Shown: piece by piece, positions 19,406 to 28,463 of the stretch
Numbering within the stretch: the stretch's first letter is position 1
How the letters are laid out: the number at the start of each line of letters is the position of its first letter
NCBI GenBank assembly: GCA_012842725.1
Contig: DUSG01000066.1
Location: 1-39,589, forward strand
Origin: Clostridiales bacterium
GTDB lineage: Bacteria > Bacillota > Clostridia > Lutisporales > Lutisporaceae
Direction: 5' to 3'
DNA length: 39,589 bases
Translations under genes and position numbers: made by a program
The notes under the pieces: generated by a model
Databases searched by the model: none
What the model was told of the DNA's origin: nothing
Seen by the model: only the letters and a program-made list of their open reading frames with translations

Positions 19406-21037
19406 TTGTCAGACACACATAAAAAAGTAATTAGTGCTTTAGAATTTAAAAATATGATTATATCAGGAGCAAATAATCTTGAAAATAATAAAAATACAGT
19501 TAATCAACTGAATGTTTTTCCTGTACCTGATGGAGATACAGGGACAAATATGTCGTTGACTATAAGTTCAGCAGTAAAGGAAATAAGCAAATGCAAAGAA
19601 ATGGAAGTAAGTTCCATAGCAGATTCAGCAGCCAACGGTTCTTTGATGGGAGCAAGAGGTAATTCTGGTGTTATACTTTCACAAATATTCAGAGGTTTTG
19701 CAAAAGGATTGAAAGGTGTAAAAAGCATAGATTCAGTTTCACTGGCAAATGCATTAATGGAAGGTTCAAATACAGCTTACAAAGCAGTAATGAAGCCTAC
19801 AGAGGGAACCATACTCACTGTTATCAGAGAAAGTGCTGAATATGGTATCAAAGTTGTAAAAAATTCAGCAGATTTAGTGGATTTTTTGAGTAAAGTAATA
19901 AACAAAGCTAATGAAACACTGAGTAAAACTCCTGAAATGCTGCCTATTTTAAAACAAGCAGGCGTTGTTGATGCAGGAGGTATGGGATTATTATTCATTC
20001 TAAAAGGTATGTATCATTATCTTGCTACAGGGGAAGTAGTTCAGTTACTGGAAGGATCAGAAGAAAAAGTTGAGATTTTCAGACCGGTATACGATGAAGC
20101 TGAGGAAATAGTTTTTGGATATTGTACCGAGTTTCTTATTAAGGGGCACGATATAAATCCTGATGTTTTCAGAATGAAAATAGCAGATATGGGAGACTCT
20201 ATCGTAGTAGTTGGGGATGGAAATGTCGTAAAAGTACATATTCATACCAACAATCCAGGAGTAGTTATTGAAGAAGCTCTAAAGTTAGGTGCATTGTCTA
20301 AAATTAAAATAGATAATATGAGGGAACAGCATCAGGAGATTCTTATCAATGAGGCAGAAAAAGATTCTAACCAGGAGAATAAATGCTATGGTGTTGTAGC
20401 TGTAGCCATGGGTTCAGGAATATCTAGAATTTTAAAAGATATAGGAGCCGATGCAATAATTGAAGGCGGACAAACTATGAACCCAAGCACCGAAGACATT
20501 TTAAAGAGTATTGATAGGATTAAGGCTGATAATATAATCATATTGCCGAACAATAGCAATATTATAATGGCAGCAAACCAGGCAAAATCTTTATCACAAA
20601 AAAATATAATTGTAATTCCCACAAAATCAATACCACAAGGCATTAGTGCATTAATGGCACTGGATCAGGAAAAATCGCCTGATGAAAATGTAAAAAGAAT
20701 GACTAAAGCAATTGAAGAAGTAAAGACCGGCCTTATTACTTACGCAGTGAGGGATTCAAATTTTGACGGAGTAGATATTGAAGAAGGCAACTATCTAGGT
20801 ATAACGGAAGGCCGTATATCTGCCGTAGGAGAAGTTATTGATGAAGTAATAGAAAAAGTACTTAGCGATATGGTAGATGAAGATTCTTCTCTAATTACCA
20901 TATATTATGGAAGCGATGTTAAAGAAGAAGAAGCTTTAAAACTAGAAGATAATATAAAAGAAATCTATACGGAATGTGATGTAGAAATACATTATGGAGG
21001 CCAACCTTTATATTATTATATAATATCAGTGGAATAA
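19406..21037 (+). CDS. fakA: DAK2-domain fatty acid kinase subunit FakA (YloV)
   Basis: LNVFPVPDGDTGTNM, GARGNSGVILSQ, GVVDAGG, GYCTEF, KVHIHT, GGQTMNPS, GGQPLY; TTG 19406 after AAGGAGG. Confidence 0.94.
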   Translation: MSDTHKKVISALEFKNMIISGANNLENNKNTVNQLNVFPVPDGDTGTNMSLTISSAVKEISKCKEMEVSSIADSAANGSLMGARGNSGVILSQIFRGFAKGLKGVKSIDSVSLANALMEGSNTAYKAVMKPTEGTILTVIRESAEYGIKVVKNSADLVDFLSKVINKANETLSKTPEMLPILKQAGVVDAGGMGLLFILKGMYHYLATGEVVQLLEGSEEKVEIFRPVYDEAEEIVFGYCTEFLIKGHDINPDVFRMKIADMGDSIVVVGDGNVVKVHIHTNNPGVVIEEALKLGALSKIKIDNMREQHQEILINEAEKDSNQENKCYGVVAVAMGSGISRILKDIGADAIIEGGQTMNPSTEDILKSIDRIKADNIIILPNNSNIIMAANQAKSLSQKNIIVIPTKSIPQGISALMALDQEKSPDENVKRMTKAIEEVKTGLITYAVRDSNFDGVDIEEGNYLGITEGRISAVGEVIDEVIEKVLSDMVDEDSSLITIYYGSDVKEEEALKLEDNIKEIYTECDVEIHYGGQPLYYYIISVE

Positions 21038-21053
21038 GGGATTCTATATAAAG

Positions 21054-21084
21054 ATGCGTAAATTATATTTAATTTACGCATTTT
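21054..21084 (+). terminator. Hairpin/terminator between fakA and recG
   Basis: ATGCGTAAATTA-TATT-TAATTTACGCAT-TTT, perfect 12-bp stem. Confidence 0.6.
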
Positions 21085-21121
21085 AACTTGGTATAAAATA
21101 TTATTTTCATGAGGTATCAAT

Positions 21122-23188
21122 ATGAATAGATTAGACGAAAGCATAATGATTCTGAAAGGAATCGGAAGTTCAAAAGCAAAAAAACTATCAAAGCTGGGTA
21201 TTAAAACAATCAGGGATCTGCTCCATTACTATCCAAAGAGATATAAAGACAAAAGAGTTATTACGAATATAAAAGATGTTTTCCCTGGGGGTTATTTTAA
21301 TATTAAGGGAACAATTAGAGACAAAGCAGAAGTGATGAAAAGCAGAAAAGGTATGTTAATAACAAAATTCATTGTTTATGACAGTACTGGAGCGTTAGTT
21401 GTTATTTTTTATAATAACAGATTTGCAAAAGATTTGTTTAAACCTGGTGATACAGTTATTTTTTCAGGGAAAACAAGCTTAATAAACAATAAGATAACTA
21501 TGGAATGCCCAGAATATGAAAAGGTTGTTTCAAATAGTATCAATAATTTTAGAATTGTACCGGAGTATGGGTTGACTGAAGGGCTGAGCCAAAAAGAGAT
21601 CAGAAAATTGATTTATGCAGCATTAGAATATACAGATAATACTTTGGAAGAGATATTTCCTGCCGATTTTAGAAAAGAATTTAAGTTGGCTGAAATCAAT
21701 TTTTCAATAAGAAATATACATTTTCCCGAAGATGAAAAAAGCCTCAATATGGCTCTAAGAAGGTTAAAATTTCAAGAAGTATTTTTTCTTCAGTCGTATA
21801 TGTTTAAATTAAGGGGTAATTATAATGCTGAAGAAAAAGGAATAGAGTTTAAAGCTTACAATGAGGTAAAAGATTTAGTCAAAAAGCTTCCTTATAAGCT
21901 AACCAGAGCACAGGAAAGAGTATTGGAAGAAGTACTTTTAGATATGTCAAGGCCAACTGCCATGAACAGATTGATTCAAGGAGATGTAGGTTCAGGAAAA
22001 ACAGTAATAGCTTTTTTAGCATTGATTAATTGTGTAAAAAGCGGATATCAGGGTGTTATGATGGCACCGACTGAAATACTGGCTGCCCAGCATTTTGATA
22101 CCATAAAGAGTTATTTGGATATTATTAAGGAGAATATAAGCGTAGCATTAGTTACAGGCAGCTTAAAGATGAGTTACAGAAAAGAGATACAAGAGGAAAT
22201 CCGCAACGGTAATATAAAAATTGTGATTGGAACCCATGCTCTATTAAGCGACGAGTTGGAATTTAACAACCTTGGACTTGTTATAACTGATGAGCAGCAC
22301 AGATTTGGTGTAAGACAAAGGGCTATGCTGAAATCCAAGGGTTTAAACCCAGATATGCTAGTGATGAGTGCAACACCCATACCCAGGACTTTATCATTAG
22401 TTCTTTACGGGGATTTAGATATTTCAGTTATTGATGAATTACCTCCTAATAGAAAGAAAATAGAAACTTACTTTATTGGTTCTGATAAGAAAGAAAGACT
22501 CTTTAATTTTGTCAAAAAGCATTTGGATGAAGGCAGACAAGCATATATTGTATGTCCTTTGGTAGAAGAATCAGAGAAGTTGGAACTGATTTCAGCAAAA
22601 GAATATTGCGAAGAGCTTAAAAAAAGTTATTTTAAAGATTATAATATTGGCTTAATTTATGGTAAGATGAAAAATGAAGAAAAAGAAAAAATTATGGATG
22701 ATTTTTATAATGGACGTATTCATATAATTGTATCTACAACTGTAATTGAAGTGGGTATAAATGTACCAAATGCTACTATAATGATAATCGAAAACGCAGA
22801 AAGATTTGGACTGGCTCAGCTGCATCAGCTTAGAGGAAGAGTAGGGAGAGGAAATTACCAATCGTACTGCATTCTGATATCTGATTCAGACAGTAAAAGT
22901 GTCAAGGATAGACTGAAATTTATGACTAAAACTAATGATGGGTTTTTAATTGCGAAAAAAGATCTTGAGTTACGAGGAAGCGGAGAAATTTTAGGAACAA
23001 AACAGCATGGAATGCCGGAGTTTAAGTTAATAGATCTTTCCAAAGACCATGATATTATTAAAGCATCAAAAGAAGCGGTGGATTTATTATTTAAAAAGAA
23101 GAAAATAAAGGAACATCAGTACCACAAGATGGAAAAATATTTAGATGATGAATTTGCAAGAATAACTGTTGAAATAGCATTAAATTAA
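21122..23188 (+). CDS. recG: ATP-dependent DNA helicase RecG
   Basis: QGDVGSGKT, MAPTEILA, DEQHRFGV, MSATPIPR, QLHQLRGRVGRG, DLELRGSGE. Confidence 0.97.
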   Translation: MNRLDESIMILKGIGSSKAKKLSKLGIKTIRDLLHYYPKRYKDKRVITNIKDVFPGGYFNIKGTIRDKAEVMKSRKGMLITKFIVYDSTGALVVIFYNNRFAKDLFKPGDTVIFSGKTSLINNKITMECPEYEKVVSNSINNFRIVPEYGLTEGLSQKEIRKLIYAALEYTDNTLEEIFPADFRKEFKLAEINFSIRNIHFPEDEKSLNMALRRLKFQEVFFLQSYMFKLRGNYNAEEKGIEFKAYNEVKDLVKKLPYKLTRAQERVLEEVLLDMSRPTAMNRLIQGDVGSGKTVIAFLALINCVKSGYQGVMMAPTEILAAQHFDTIKSYLDIIKENISVALVTGSLKMSYRKEIQEEIRNGNIKIVIGTHALLSDELEFNNLGLVITDEQHRFGVRQRAMLKSKGLNPDMLVMSATPIPRTLSLVLYGDLDISVIDELPPNRKKIETYFIGSDKKERLFNFVKKHLDEGRQAYIVCPLVEESEKLELISAKEYCEELKKSYFKDYNIGLIYGKMKNEEKEKIMDDFYNGRIHIIVSTTVIEVGINVPNATIMIIENAERFGLAQLHQLRGRVGRGNYQSYCILISDSDSKSVKDRLKFMTKTNDGFLIAKKDLELRGSGEILGTKQHGMPEFKLIDLSKDHDIIKASKEAVDLLFKKKKIKEHQYHKMEKYLDDEFARITVEIALN

Positions 23189-23272
23189 AATACTGGTGAT
23201 TAAACACCAGTATAGGAGAGGAGAAATTGAAGGAAGAGCTCTATGGGGAAATATAGTGTTTAATAATATCCC
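23186..23272 (-). ncRNA. Probable CsfG-like sporulation sRNA (ends approximate)
   Basis: Minus strand carries pyrimidine-rich motifs UUUCCCCAUAGAGCUC and UUUCUCCUCUCC and ends in a terminator hairpin with a U-tail. A SigF/SigG-like promoter lies upstream. The position next to rsmD (ylbH) matches B. subtilis csfG. Confidence 0.6.
23187..23213 (-). terminator. Terminator hairpin with its T-tail on the minus strand (may also serve recG)
   Basis: Minus strand ATACTGGTG-TTTAAT-CACCAGTAT-TTT. Confidence 0.65.
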
Positions 23273-23278
23273 TATTCA

Positions 23279-23307
23279 TAGATTTTGCATTTAAATTATT
23301 TTTATTC
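23279..23307 (-). promoter_or_regulatory. Putative SigG/SigF-type promoter for the sRNA
   Basis: Minus strand GAATA-17 nt-AAATCTA versus the B. subtilis SigG consensus GNATA-N17/18-CATACTA. Confidence 0.4.
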
Positions 23308-23326
23308 TCAGCATAAAAAACATATT

Positions 23327-23355
23327 TTGTCTAAAAATAGGCTTTGTGGTAAAAT
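23327..23355 (+). promoter_or_regulatory. Putative SigA promoter of rsmD-coaD
   Basis: TTGTCT-17 nt-TAAAAT with TG extension. Confidence 0.6.
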
Positions 23356-23384
23356 ATAATTGTTATTTGGTTAGGAGGATTTAT

Positions 23385-23939
23385 TTGAGAGTAATAGCAG
23401 GAGAACTCAAGGGCCGAAAGCTGAGCAGCATTGATACTGATTTAATAAGACCTACTTCTGATAAAGTGAAAGAAGCATTGTTCAGTATTTTAGGTGATTT
23501 GGTGATTGATTGTAATTTTCTGGATTTATTTGCCGGAAGCGGAAGCGTAGGAATAGAAGCCTATAGCAGAGGTGCGAAAGAAGTAGTATTTGTTGATTCG
23601 CATTTAAGTTCTATCAAGATATTAAAAAAGAATTTAGAGAAAGTTGGTATATTAAATGATACAGAAGTAATACATGATGATTTTGCTGCAGCAATTGAAA
23701 TTTTATCAAGGCGAGGTAGGAAATTTGATATTATTTTTATAGATCCACCTTATGGTCAAGGATTGTCTATAGAAGCTGCAAGAAAGATTATAAAAAATAA
23801 TCTGTTGTCAAAAAGTGGTGTTATTATCATTGAGCATGGAGCAAAGGAGATAATACCTGAAGAGATTGATATTCTTGAGAAATTTAAAGAAAAGAAATAC
23901 GGTAATATATTTCTTTCATTATACGCAATTAAAAAGTAG
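23385..23939 (+). CDS. rsmD: 16S rRNA m2G966 methyltransferase RsmD
   Basis: RVIAG..KGR, RPTSDKVKEALF, LDLFAGSG, DPPY; TTG 23385 after AGGAGG. Confidence 0.95.
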   Translation: MRVIAGELKGRKLSSIDTDLIRPTSDKVKEALFSILGDLVIDCNFLDLFAGSGSVGIEAYSRGAKEVVFVDSHLSSIKILKKNLEKVGILNDTEVIHDDFAAAIEILSRRGRKFDIIFIDPPYGQGLSIEAARKIIKNNLLSKSGVIIIEHGAKEIIPEEIDILEKFKEKKYGNIFLSLYAIKK

Positions 23940-23956
23940 ATTGGAGAGATACTTGA

Positions 23957-24439
23957 ATGAAAATCGGAGTATATCCTGGAAGTTTTGATCCAGTAACTAA
24001 TGGACATTTAGATATTATTGAGAGAGCAGCAAAGCTTTTCGATAAACTTATCGTAGCTGTGCTTATAAATAGCAATAAAACACCTTTGTTTACTGTTGAA
24101 AAAAGATTAGAATTTTTGAAGGAAAGTTGCAAAGGATTTGAAAATGTAGAAATTGAATCTTTCGAAGGATTATTAATAGAATTCATGAAAAAAAAGAATG
24201 CTAATGTAATTGTTAAAGGTCTAAGGGCAGTATCAGATTTTGAGTATGAGTTTCAGATGGCTTTAATGAATAGCAAATTAAACCCTGAAATCGAAACGGT
24301 TTTTATGATGACCAGCAATAAATATTCTTATTTGAGTTCCAGCTTAATAAAAGAAGTTGCCAGATTCGGAGGTTGTGTGAAAGGTCTTATACCAGAGATT
24401 GTGGAAAAAGAGTTGTATAGAATTAATAAAAAAAGATAA
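23957..24439 (+). CDS. coaD: Phosphopantetheine adenylyltransferase
   Basis: [34 protein letters not shown]. Confidence 0.97.
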   Translation: MKIGVYPGSFDPVTNGHLDIIERAAKLFDKLIVAVLINSNKTPLFTVEKRLEFLKESCKGFENVEIESFEGLLIEFMKKKNANVIVKGLRAVSDFEYEFQMALMNSKLNPEIETVFMMTSNKYSYLSSSLIKEVARFGGCVKGLIPEIVEKELYRINKKR

Positions 24440-24457
24440 TAGTTAGGGGGTTGTTTT

Positions 24458-24994
24458 ATGGAGGTCTTGCATTTACTGGATGCCTTAGAAGATATAGTTG
24501 AAAAAGCCTCAAATGTGCCACTATCGACAAAGGCTGTCGTGAACAAAGAAGAATTATTAGATTTAATTAAGGAGATTCGTATCAAATTACCTGATGAAAT
24601 AAAGCAAGCTCAATGGATTAAAGAAGAAAGACAAAAAATATTGATTGAGGCCAAAAAAGAAGCAGAAAATATAAGAAAAGAATGTGATGAAAGGCTTCAA
24701 AAGATACACGAAGAAAGGCAAAGAATTCTTGCAGAGGCAGAAAAAGAATCCGAGTTATTGAGGCAAGAAGCAGATAGAAGAATTAAAGCTATGATTGATG
24801 AAAGTGAAGTGACAAAAAGAGCAAACGAGCAAGCTAAAGAAATAATAAGTGCAGCCCAACAGGATGCGAAAAAAATAAGGCTCGGAGCGAGAGCCTATGC
24901 CGATGATATTCTTGCAGAGTTATCAGCGAAGGTTGAAAAAATATTGGCTACAATAAGTGCAAACAGAGAAGAATTAAAAAATTATAAAAGCTAA
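24458..24994 (+). CDS. Conserved coiled-coil hypothetical protein (often labelled ATPase subunit-like or DivIVA-like)
   Basis: Almost wholly helical E/K/R/A-rich sequence, LPDEIKQAQW, GARAYADDIL; position after coaD. Confidence 0.8.
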   Translation: MEVLHLLDALEDIVEKASNVPLSTKAVVNKEELLDLIKEIRIKLPDEIKQAQWIKEERQKILIEAKKEAENIRKECDERLQKIHEERQRILAEAEKESELLRQEADRRIKAMIDESEVTKRANEQAKEIISAAQQDAKKIRLGARAYADDILAELSAKVEKILATISANREELKNYKS

Positions 24995-24998
24995 AGAG

Positions 24999-25033
24999 AA
25001 AAAAATAAGCTGAATTAATCGGCTTATTTTTTT
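24999..25033. terminator. Bidirectional intrinsic terminator
   Basis: AAAAAAATAAGCTGA-ATTAA-TCGGCTTATTTTTTT between convergent genes. Confidence 0.75.
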
Positions 25034-26211
25034 ATTATTTTTGCACATCTGAATATGAAAGTTGTTAAAGACAATATGATTAAAATCAATAAAAAGCCAG
25101 TCAAATTTAAGCTTGATGTGGTTATATTACTGTACCAACTTTTATACGGAAAGTCCTGATATGACATATAGAAATTGAATACCTGGTGAATTGGTATTCT
25201 GTATAGTATCAATGTATATAATGATGCTAGAAAACCTTGCACTATTTTCATAGTAAAGTAAGTAAGGAAGCTTAAATCGGTATCCTGTATAATAGCAGAT
25301 ACTTGAGCATTAATGGATAATCCGCCAAAGCCGATAAAAAAACTTATAATAGCAAGTTTTAATACGTCAGGCAAAAATTGTGATGCACATGCTTTTACAC
25401 CGTTTGTAACTTCTAATATTCCAGCAATTATCATGGATACATTCTGTTTGTTCTCAACATTTATAAAAGGAAGCATATTTATAGCATTTGTGATATATGT
25501 TGATAATCCAGTAACTTCTATTATTCTTGATATAACAGAGAATAGTATTATGTAACCTCCTACAAGCAATATAAGACTTGTTCCATTTTTAATTGAATCA
25601 CCTATTAACTGACCTATGCTTCTGCCGTCTTTTTCTTTATATTTTAATAATTCTTTGAAAGGATTCTGTATAGTTATGCTATTTGAAGCTTTATTATTTT
25701 TTTTGTAGAACTTCATAATGAAACCACAACTAATTGCGGATAAATAATGAGACATTAATAACAAAGGAGCAATTTCGGGCTTTTTAAGCATACCTACTGA
25801 TACGGCACCTATTATGAATAAAGGACCTGAAGTGCTGCAAAGGCTTAACATTCTTTGAGCTTCTACTCTTGTACATTGTTCATTTCTTCTTAATGTGGCA
25901 GTAATTTTTGCTCCAACTGGATAACCTGAAGCTATGCTCATTGCAAAAGCAAAGGCACCTTCGCCAGGAATATTGAATATAATACTCATTAGGGGTCTGA
26001 ATATACTTCCAATAAAACTGACTACACCGAGACCTACCAATATTTCTGAACATATGAAAAAAGGTAATAATGCTGGGCATACTACATTCAACCACAGGTT
26101 TAGGCCTTCCAAGGAAGCATTAAAAGTTTCAGAGGGGTAAGCTATTATACTGGTTATAATAAAAATAAAAATTACTGCATTGATAATTGTATTTAAATTT
26201 TTTCTAATCAT
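25024..26211 (-). CDS. ylbJ: Sporulation integral membrane protein YlbJ (SpoVV, nucleoside-transporter-like DPA transporter)
   Basis: GLNLWLNVVCPALLPFF, SGYPVGAK, SGPLFIIGAV, GILEVTNG, FGGLSINAQ; multi-TM; ATG 26211 after GGTGA. Confidence 0.9.
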   Translation of the reverse strand: MIRKNLNTIINAVIFIFIITSIIAYPSETFNASLEGLNLWLNVVCPALLPFFICSEILVGLGVVSFIGSIFRPLMSIIFNIPGEGAFAFAMSIASGYPVGAKITATLRRNEQCTRVEAQRMLSLCSTSGPLFIIGAVSVGMLKKPEIAPLLLMSHYLSAISCGFIMKFYKKNNKASNSITIQNPFKELLKYKEKDGRSIGQLIGDSIKNGTSLILLVGGYIILFSVISRIIEVTGLSTYITNAINMLPFINVENKQNVSMIIAGILEVTNGVKACASQFLPDVLKLAIISFFIGFGGLSINAQVSAIIQDTDLSFLTYFTMKIVQGFLASLYTLILYRIPIHQVFNFYMSYQDFPYKSWYSNITTSSLNLTGFLLILIILSLTTFIFRCAKIIKK

Positions 26212-26310
26212 ACTATCACCAATCACTTTAGTTCTGGATATTATATTATATTAATCAAAATTATAACTATACTTACAATTTAATACATACATTGAAGAGG
26301 TGACGTACAA

Positions 26311-27102
26311 TTGCCAAAGAAACCGAAAATCGGTTTAGCATTAGGTTCTGGAGCATCCAAGGGGTTAGCCCATTTAGGAGTATTAAAGGTATTAAATGAG
26401 AAAAATATAAAACCAAGTTTTGTAACTGGTAGCAGCATAGGAGCTCTAATAGGTGGTTTGTATTGTTGCGGCATTGATTTGGATATGATGATTAAGTTAG
26501 CAAAAAACATGAAGCCTGATATCTGGATGGATCCGGCAGTATCAAAAAAAGGATTGCTGGCAGGGAAAAAGGTAGAAGAAATGTTCAAAATACTGACAAA
26601 AAATAAAAAAATAGAGGAGTTGGATATACCTATAAAAATTGTTGCAACAGATATAATAAATTCTAGAAGATACGTATTCGACAAAGGCCCTTTATGGCTG
26701 GCAATGAGAGCCAGCATAGCCATTCCTGGAATATTTTGCCCTGTAGAAATAGATAATTTGGTATTGGTAGATGGTGGTGTTTTAGATAGAGTTCCTGCAG
26801 CTTTAGCAAAAGAGATGGGTGCAGACATAATAATTGCTGTAGATGTATGTAAAGGAAATAACAACATAAAACCCAAAAATCTATTTGAAATTATATTGCA
26901 AAGTATAGAGGCCATGGAAAATACTTTGGTTGAAAATATGTTGACAAAAGATTATATAGTTATAAGTCCAATAATAAAGAATATTAATCCTTTAGACTTC
27001 AGCAAAGTAGATTTATGCATTGAAGAAGGCGAAAGAGCTGCTTTGGAAGTTATGCCCAGTATAATCAATGCATTGAGCGCTTATCAAAGTGATTCTGCAT
27101 AA
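26311..27102 (+). CDS. Patatin-like phospholipase (YlbK-like)
   Basis: LALGSGASKGLAHLGV, GSSIG nucleophile motif, RASIAIPG, DGG. Confidence 0.92.
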   Translation: MPKKPKIGLALGSGASKGLAHLGVLKVLNEKNIKPSFVTGSSIGALIGGLYCCGIDLDMMIKLAKNMKPDIWMDPAVSKKGLLAGKKVEEMFKILTKNKKIEELDIPIKIVATDIINSRRYVFDKGPLWLAMRASIAIPGIFCPVEIDNLVLVDGGVLDRVPAALAKEMGADIIIAVDVCKGNNNIKPKNLFEIILQSIEAMENTLVENMLTKDYIVISPIIKNINPLDFSKVDLCIEEGERAALEVMPSIINALSAYQSDSA

Positions 27103-28310
27103 AACGGGGAAGCTTTAAAATCTTCACCGGATATTTTATATTTTTTATTATAATATCCCAGATTATATATATCTGTTGCCAAAACATCCAGATCAAACAT
27201 TCTTTCCAAGAATGATGATGAAGTCTTGAAATCAGCAGCTTTATTGATTATTGGAGAATTTGATTTCCTACTAATTTCCTTAAGCAATATCCTACCATTT
27301 TTGTTTAAAGCTAATACACGGACATATACAGGAGAATCAATTCTTTTTGCATACCCTACATCTTTTTTGTTTATATTCAAAAGCATATGGCATAAATTTC
27401 TTTGCAAAAGAGTTCTAGTGTATCTTTTGGTTTTCACAAAAGTTATTAGCTCTTCAAAGCATGTGGTAGCATCACCCGCTTTTTTCAGCCTATATTCAAG
27501 GCCTTCTTTTATTTCTGGCAAATTTCTCATACTTTGATGTGTAGATTTTCTTATATGATATAGTAATATATCAGAGAAATTGTCCCAGAATACAGGTCCC
27601 TTCCCTTTATTTATATTGTCCACAATTACTTTCCATGAAGCTTCAGGAACACAGTTTCTGATTTCTTCTGTCAAACCGTTTGTTTTTAAACTTTCTCTAA
27701 TGGCTGTAGCACTTGAAATATGCCCTCTTAAAACCGCGTCATTGTAATTACTTCCAATCCTTTTTATAGTTATTGGTTTTATCGCACTGTTGATTGTCAA
27801 TAAAGATTTAATATATTCTATTCCGAGGATATTATTTGGATAAGACAATAAATCTCCCGCCATTTCTCTATATGCTTCGCTTACAGCTTTTGAGTAAGTC
27901 ATCCCTTCATCTAAAAGTTTGCGGATTTTTGTTTTTACAGATGTCGGTTCACTTAATAAAGTTTCTGCTGTCTTGTAGAGCTCACCTATATTACCATTTT
28001 CACTTCCGAAACATAAAAAATCTACGACTTTTAAGGAATCTAATATTTTAATGGCCCCAAATGCAAACAATTCTGCTGATTGACATGAATAAATTACAGG
28101 CAATTCAATAACTAAATCTATACCATTTAAAACAGCCATTTTAGCTCTAGACCATTTATCAAAAAGAGCCGGTTCGCCTCTCTGCAGGAAATTTCCGCTC
28201 ATTATTGCTATTGAAAAGTCTGCATTGCATAATTTTTTTGATGATTCCAAATGATATTTATGACCATTGTGAAATGGGTTATATTCAGCAACAATTCCTA
28301 TAACTTTCAT
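27084..28310 (-). CDS. tmcAL: tRNA(Met) cytidine acetate ligase (YlbM)
   Basis: AEYNPFHNGH (HIGH-like), MSGNFLQRGEPA, FGSE, PNNILGIEY, SSATAIR, KTKRYT. Confidence 0.92.
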   Translation of the reverse strand: MKVIGIVAEYNPFHNGHKYHLESSKKLCNADFSIAIMSGNFLQRGEPALFDKWSRAKMAVLNGIDLVIELPVIYSCQSAELFAFGAIKILDSLKVVDFLCFGSENGNIGELYKTAETLLSEPTSVKTKIRKLLDEGMTYSKAVSEAYREMAGDLLSYPNNILGIEYIKSLLTINSAIKPITIKRIGSNYNDAVLRGHISSATAIRESLKTNGLTEEIRNCVPEASWKVIVDNINKGKGPVFWDNFSDILLYHIRKSTHQSMRNLPEIKEGLEYRLKKAGDATTCFEELITFVKTKRYTRTLLQRNLCHMLLNINKKDVGYAKRIDSPVYVRVLALNKNGRILLKEISRKSNSPIINKAADFKTSSSFLERMFDLDVLATDIYNLGYYNKKYKISGEDFKASPFYAESL

Positions 28311-28399
28311 TTGTTCTCACCTCAGGGCAAAATGTAAATTAAATATATATTATAATATCATAAATTATCTTTTATTACTAAATTTGTAGTTATGGAAGA

Positions 28400-28424
28400 A
28401 GGATATTACGGTTTTATATAGAAA
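28400..28424 (+). promoter_or_regulatory. Putative SigH-like promoter upstream of ackA
   Basis: AGGA-17 nt-GAAA. Confidence 0.35.
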
Positions 28425-28463
28425 AGAATAATGGTTAAACATATATAATAGGAGGTTGTCATA

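Noticed and set aside
23189-23345. Looked for a small acid-soluble spore protein gene or other peptide ORF between recG and rsmD
   Set aside because: The ORFs I checked are very short (about 12 codons or fewer); a non-coding RNA explains the pattern better
26261-26293. CATACATT SigE-like -10 element upstream of the patatin gene
   Set aside because: The -35 spacing is off and the implied start site would fall within the RBS
26280-26915. 211-aa antisense ORF over the patatin gene
   Set aside because: Fully antisense to a motif-bearing CDS, with the S/F/I/P-rich composition typical of shadow ORFs
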